Made by a program: the position numbers and the translations under genes. The notes below the pieces were generated by a model. That model was given only the letters and a program-made list of their open reading frames with translations. It did no database searches and was not told the origin of the DNA. A stretch of DNA of 64,000 nucleotides from Acanthaster planci. Lineage: Eukaryota. The stretch spans positions 2,778,204 to 2,842,203 of the forward strand of contig NW_019091362.1 in NCBI RefSeq assembly GCF_001949145.1, written 5' to 3'. Positions within the stretch are counted from its first letter, which is position 1. Every line of letters starts with the position of its first letter. Shown piece by piece: positions 58,001-64,000 of the stretch.

Positions 58001-61000
58001 GGCAAATACTCTTACGGTCTTATTCTATATTTGATTCAAACAGCGAGTGTTCCAGACTATTGTATTTGTATTCATTTTTTTTTAGGGGGAAGTATACATA
58101 AATTGCATCAAATCCTCTTACCCGAATTCATGTTGAAAGTAACCTATTTCAATAAGGACCTTTCAGTGCAATTTTTCAAAAAGGACTTCATCGTACCGAC
58201 AACATTGTGTTATTTCACAGGAAATGTAATCCCTATTCAGGGAACTTAAATTTCTCAAACGGAATCCTACCCTTTTTTTGGGGGGGGGCGTGAATAATTC
58301 TAAAGCCTGCTACTTACATTCCGGTAACATGCCAACCTCTCGGCACTTTCGTAGCCTACACTCCTGGCATTTCCGTCGCATGTACATGTCCATCTCACAG
58401 TTGCCACCTCGTGTACATTTGTAGATGGCGTTCTTTGTTATACTTCTCCTGAAGAAACCTAGAAACCCAATCAACAATAAGAAAATAATTTGGATTTTTT
58501 TTCCAATTTTTCATCTGATTTGTTTTCAGGTTTGTGTTAATTTTTTTTCACTCCACCCCCCCCGAAACAAATTTATCGACCCCTGGGAATGAGGAAAGGT
58601 GGACCTTAAAATTTTTCTTCAAGTTTATTCTCCAGTATCCGTATTCAGATTACATATAAATAGTTAGCAATGTCATTTATAGACACTGCAGGGGAGCTCA
58701 TTAGGAAGCAAAGCTTTTTAGCATGAGCCCGTTACGTTAAACATTATCATAAATGGGAAATACAAATACAAGTGAGACATCCAATACACACACAGTACAT
58801 GTAAACACAAACAACAAAACATGCACTACTGATAAGCAGGCTTATCAAAACTACATGTACAGGAAATGAAGTAAGTTAAACACAGGCATGATTAAGGGTA
58901 TGTTTGAATTGTGGTATATTTAATTAATTGTTTCAAGACAGATTGGTGGAAGCTTCAAGTTGACTAGGGAAGGACTTCCAGAGCTTAGGTCCCTTATGTT
59001 TAACAGTAAATGGATAGTAGCAGTGGTCATTTTTGTGCAACATTAAACTTTGTCACCTTTACAGTAAAATTTGTAGAACCAAACTATTACAATACTTAAC
59101 ACAAATTGCCGAACATTCAAATATACCATCCACTCATGCCTCCTGCTCTATAAATGATGCCAATATCTCATAACTTGGTCTTTGAGATTTGACCCTCATT
59201 TTTGCGGCATAATGTCTTATTTGTATTTTTGTTTACTTTTATATTCTATATTTACGATCAACTTCATTTTCTTTTTTTGTGGGAGGGATAGTGAGCTGCA
59301 TAATTCAAATTACTTGGAATCCACGTGTTCGACATTTTACTGAGTATGCCATGCCCACTGCTCAACCGAAACCAAGCACAAGGGCTTGTTATCACTTGTT
59401 TGCAAAGCCTTTTGACATTTGCTGTACATTGGAGTATTCACATAATTGCCCGACCACGGCAGACTTTGCAAACAATGCACAAAGACATGCCAAATATTGC
59501 AGGGTGCATGGAGTAAACAGACAACTATGTTTTTTTCCCCTTCGGCCCAGCTATTATCTGGTCTCAAAGTATCAAGTTGTAGGACTGCACTGCAGCAGGT
59601 AAACGAGGCAACAAAAATGTCCTCCGTTTGATGGCCAAAGCAGGGGAAAAGATTCCACTGTACTCTCCAGAACCTTGCTGAGTTTCTAATGCCGTCTGTC
59701 ATCAAATCTAGACCCTGTTACACCCAACTCTTCTCCTTGAATTTTTGAATTGAATGACTAGGATATAATCAGGACAGTAAACGAGCCTGGTATACTTATT
59801 GGAAGTCCTCATTTTTGAGTACAGTGAACATGGCACGAGTAATGCTGAATGCCACATCAAAGTACATGTTGATGCAGGAGAGTTCCTGGAATAAAACGGA
59901 CTGGGTTGATGATGTAGATACGTCACCAATTTAAAGGTGTCCAGATTGCTTTACACTGACTAGCAAATTCTAGGAACCTTCCTTGACAAGTGTAAATTTA
60001 ACAGGGGTGCGGTATGCTTCACTTTTACCCGAGTACTTGGAACAGATGTATTAATTGGGAGTCAAGACCTGTGTAAAGTGATGGTATCCTTACAACACTT
60101 TGCCTAGTGGTAAAGCATACATACCACTTGGCAAAACAGGTGGTCTTGACTTATCTGACTCAATGTGATCATCATACTGCACTGGAAATGATAACTTTCT
60201 GATACAGCCTGTTGTGATACTTTTAAGTAATACACATGACTTCGGTCTGCTTTCGCACATGGAAAGTTGGTAGGACATTACCAAAACACAGGATTTTTGT
60301 AAACACTTGGCACACGATACAGCCTTCCAACTACGTAAAATTGAATCATGTACTTCCATTAGTACGTGTACATGTAGGTCTAACACTCTTGGCCCAACCT
60401 TGTTGTACCAAGCTTATGGCTGCCTCATAGATAATGCTGCAAATCCATTAGCGGGTGCTTCCTACATGTTCAAGGGGTAATTCAGCATACAATATTGTGC
60501 CTTGGGTGAGGAAGGGGGATACATTTATAAATTTCCTACTTAAAGTTGTGAAATCAGTGGGGAAAGGGGGAGTTGGCATTTTAAAAAGATTCTATCCCTG
60601 ACAAACTTTATGTCAGGTGGCCACTATGGTCACATGACCAAAACAGACTTCTGAACATTTTTGAGTCTGAATCCCTGAGCTTCTACCATCGATTTCCCCT
60701 TATTATCGTTTATGGTCGCTAGATATCGACAGGATACAGATCACCCCTTTCTTTCTCTGATCTACCTTCAGAGAATTTTTCTCAATGTGTTTTGAATACT
60801 TATCAGTGGCCTATCTTTGGTCAGGCGACGGGGCAGGGGAGACAAAATGAAGCTTTTTTCCCCGGTAAAAACCCTAAACCCCTTCCCAATATCAGATGCA
60901 GGTACCATTTCCACAGAGCTGGTGCTTATAATTCCTAAATAAAGGGGACAACATGTCTCTGAAAGCCTCTCTCTGCATGTTTCTCCACCCCACTATGTCA

Positions 61001-61482
61001 CTGACACTGCCACTTTTGCACAACCCTTGATGAAGCTACGTTTAAATTCTGACAGACAAGTCAACGTCATATCGTAACACAGAACATTAGGATATCCCAA
61101 TGTACCTCGTGCAATTTATTTTGTAGGGTAGCTGTGGTGACCAGTCCTCGAATGAAAGATTTCAAGGACTGCTAGGACAGGGAACCAATTAAGTTGTTAC
61201 ACCCACCTTTACAGCCTTCACAGCTGAGTGCATTGTAATGAAACCCTGATGCCCTATCCCCACAAACCAAGCACAACTCTAAGTCCATCCTGGGTGCCGG
61301 TCCTTTCCGCTTTTTGGTCAGTCCGAACCCTCCGTCGGGTAGCTGCTCCTTGATATGTGTGCTTGAGCTGGAAGTGCTGCCAATGGAACTGGTAGGTGTG
61401 TATTGGCTGCTGTACTGTGGGGACATATCATAACCGTCGTCCGGTGGTTCGCGCTTCACGATGACCGAATTCGACCCCGAAT
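51814..61482 (-). CDS. NR1H: Nuclear receptor of NR1H group (ecdysone receptor/LXR/FXR-like); 5' exon(s) not identified. Exons 61482-61207, 58458-58318, 57457-57255, 56366-56337, 53899-53750, 52970-52745, 52052-51814
   Basis: Spliced frame gives [46 protein letters not shown]...[19 protein letters not shown] (C4 zinc fingers), [35 protein letters not shown] and AF-2 [11 protein letters not shown], all characteristic of NR1H. All junctions are GT-AG with matching phases. Confidence 0.95.
52745..52970 (-). CDS. NR1H: NR1H exon: LBD helices 5-8
   Basis: gcag|GGC...TCAG|gtacc. Encodes [16 protein letters not shown]...[14 protein letters not shown]. Confidence 0.9.
53750..53899 (-). CDS. NR1H: NR1H exon: LBD helices 3-4
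   Basis: tttgtcag|GGG...AAG|gtagg. Contains [39 protein letters not shown]. Confidence 0.93.
55769..55925. mobile_element. Palindromic MITE with CAGACCTGCCAAC termini
   Basis: Perfect 13-bp TIRs extended by inner arms ATTACCACACAATAGA / TCTATTGTGTGGTAAT. Flanked by ATATAT on both sides. Confidence 0.75.
56337..56366 (-). CDS. NR1H: NR1H 30-nt microexon ([10 protein letters not shown])
   Basis: ttttgtctttcag|CCA...GAT|gtaagt, phase 0-0. Restores the T-P-W motif found in LXRs before helix 3. Confidence 0.8.
57255..57457 (-). CDS. NR1H: NR1H exon: hinge and LBD helix 1
   Basis: tgcag|GC...ACA|gtgagt. Encodes [14 protein letters not shown]...[16 protein letters not shown]...KSLT. Confidence 0.93.
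57604..57918 (+). mobile_element. tRNA-derived SINE (V-domain-like centre)
   Basis: Pol III B-box GGTTCGATTCC (~57658), then GCCATATGTGAG...GGTTCTCTGGTTTT core and (CAAAA)n tail. Homologous to the copy at 15474-15760. Confidence 0.7.
58318..58458 (-). CDS. NR1H: NR1H exon: zinc finger 2
   Basis: ttctag|GT...GAAT|gtaagt. Encodes [46 protein letters not shown]. Confidence 0.95.
61207..61482 (-). CDS. NR1H: NR1H exon: A/B tail and zinc finger 1
   Basis: ctttag|AT...AAAG|gtggg. Contains [22 protein letters not shown]. Confidence 0.93.
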
Positions 61483-64000
61483 CTAAAGGAGAAAAGGCAG
61501 AAATATAGGAATGAGAAATATCTGAACACCAAGGTTACTGCAGATTACTTATGCTTAACCTGGAGAACCACGGCCATTTTTAACAGCACAGACAAAAGTA
61601 AGCTTCAAAATATCCCATCTGAAGCCAAAACCTACCAATTCCACAACTCTCAGACACTCTAACACCTATACATGGCCTTTTTTACAAGCTAAAACAGCAA
61701 AAAAGTGGGACATCCGAAAAATTGAAACAAACACTAGCCCGAATACATCACAGAGCTTTCTCGATCACAGTTGACGAATTAAGGAGTCTCTCGTTGTGTA
61801 GCAGACAATTGTGAACAAATCAGGGAGTAACAACTTGCACGTATGCACAAACACCCACAAAAACAAGGCAGAGAACTTTAGTCGTGGTTCCAAAATCCAG
61901 ACGAAGACAATTGGAGAATGTTACAAATCAACCATACCCTGAGAGAAAAATTCACAAGTTTATCACAAAACCAAACATTAATGATGCCATAAAAAGGGAC
62001 TTCAGATGAAAAACCAGATAAAACAGTGACCATTTCACCTTTTACAGGTACATGTAGCAATAACGGTAACTGAGATGAAAGTATAACAATGGTTTCAGAA
62101 TCAGAGACCAATCATAATCGGTGATAAGGATGATTTGTAATCCTACTTGTTTGTCTCCATCTCCAATGTGGAATTTGGTTAGACAGTTTCAGACAGTTTC
62201 ATGAATCTCTCAAACTCTACCCGAACCATTTAGCCTTCAATGCAAAGAAAGCATTTGCTAGGCTGTAGAGGACTCAAAATAGATTCCCACAACTACGCGT
62301 ATGTAATTAGTCAAAACATGCAACTTTGCAGGCAAACAAAAAACCCGCAGGCTGACATGTACATGTAGTATATTGTAAGTGAATAATGGTGCACGATGTC
62401 AGCATTACCAAGTACGCATCAAATTACACAGCGATACATATTTACAAAATACTTTCATAAACTTGTCAACTGTGACAACAACCTGCCTAAATTGTCCTTG
62501 AAGCTTTCCAGTGATCTGACATCGATGTAAGACTGCACGCAAAGTCCCAATTTCTATTTATCTCAAGAGAGGCAAAGTTCCAACACCGGACAGAGCATTA
62601 AGTTACTCCTTCCTTTCCTTTATCAGATGCTATGCTGTGTCCACCGAAAAAAACAGGATGGTGTTTTTCAAGAGTTAATGTTTATTTACCCGCTAATTCA
62701 GACCAGGTAGCTCACAATCAGATCCCACCTACGTGCTCCATTTGTCAATTAGCATACGGTGTTCGATATACAAGAACCGACACAACCATCAGACTTCGGT
62801 TAAAAAAGGCAGTTTGGTATTTCCACTAACCCGCAATTCCAAAAGATTGCATCACGCGATAGCTTTCAAGCCAAAGCGGACCATCTGTGAATATTTGGTG
62901 GGCTCTAACTTCAGCCCAAACAGGCATCTTACACTGACAGGGACTGAGAAACCAGCCCAGTTGGGCTACCATGGGCTTATCTGATTGATAAAAAAAAAAT
63001 GCAGGACCAGAGTATTTACCATTCCGGGGTTACGGCAGCAGTATAAAGTGATATTTGCTCATGAAATTGTTTGCAGTTGTCAGCCGGTGTGCACGACTAA
63101 AAAGGACACACGACCTTTGCTCAATTAACAGCCCCATCTAGGAAAGCTCATCAGTAAGCACCAATAAATGGTGAGAGACGAAATAACCAAAACGGCTCTT
63201 GTAACAGAGTGGAGGATAATAACAAAAAAAAGGGGATGAAATTGATTCATCAGACATTGGAAAATTTGTATAGGAGGGCAGAAACATTCGTCTTCTCTCC
63301 TTCATTTGGAAAAACAGCTCTATGGGTACTGGAAACGCTGGAGAGCTGTGTTAGTTCCATATACCATCATTACGCCGGTGAGTTTCAGATGGAAGGGTGA
63401 AAATACCTCCCAGACGGAGAGATATTGATGAGCGGCATCATAGAAGATCCATCATCTGGGATGATGTTCTCATGCAGCTTGCCAAACCAACGACAGAAAC
63501 AACCCTAGAGAATGAGAGTGGGGGGTATGCTTGTCTAGATGCTGCAGAAAATCAATGCCATGATTAAAAATGTTCACTCATAGGGTAGATACATTCAGAC
63601 GGGGCAGGCCCTAAAAGGAACTCGCTCGATAGTGCTGGCAAATTTTTCTTTTTGCCGTTGTCATTTCTAACAAACATCCAAACATCTACGGGTAAATCTG
63701 GATCCAGGGTGTGTATGATTTTGAGGGATGAAAAACTACACAACTGAGCAATTAGGACTTTGAATGTCCCAAATTAATTCGAGAAGAAAAGAAAAAATCT
63801 GTACTTCTGGTTAACTTTCTTGCGATGATTCTTAACATGCAGATAAGCACTAAAATGTAGTCGACTCCAAACAAACACATTGCTACTACATTATTAAATG
63901 CTGGAAGTGACTTCAGAAAACTTCCACAATTAAAGACAGCCACATTTTGGTATACTGTGGGCCTTCTTCGGGACATGTTCTTTGACATCTTGTGCCTTGC

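Noticed and set aside
63400..63480. Candidate upstream NR1H coding exon on the minus strand
   Set aside because: The open frame ends in phase 2 while exon 61482 needs phase 1, and the phase-1 frame contains a TGA.

Overview
Eukaryotic, intron-rich, AT-rich metazoan genomic DNA. It looks like a marine invertebrate, possibly an ambulacrarian, but that is inference. One assembly gap lies at 9608-9790. Three protein-coding genes are supported. (1) On the + strand, the last 11 exons (<1-44384) of an unidentified coiled-coil/disordered scaffold protein with Tyr-motifs, Pro-rich SH3-type ligands and a C-terminal actin capping-protein-interaction (CPI)-like motif. All splice junctions are GT-AG and phase-consistent. 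(2) Nested on the same strand inside that gene's 23-kb intron, an intronless, strongly divergent class A GPCR (23173-24579) with its own CCAAT/CRE/TATA promoter candidate. (3) On the - strand, convergent with gene 1, seven exons (61482-51814) of an NR1H (EcR/LXR/FXR-type) nuclear receptor, including a 30-nt microexon. The most notable unexplained structure is in the 23-kb intron. Two mutually homologous short ATG-initiated exons (20296-20383 and 31866-31956; a weaker third at 37093-37132) each encode an amphipathic ~30-aa N-terminus and end in a phase-1 donor that fits the exon at 38249. This suggests a set of alternative starts making short CPI-bearing isoforms, with the GPCR sitting between them. 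Introns also hold a hAT element with an 8-bp TSD, an inverted pair of Tc1/mariner-type MITEs flanking one exon, two copies of a tRNA-derived SINE, and many fold-back palindromes.
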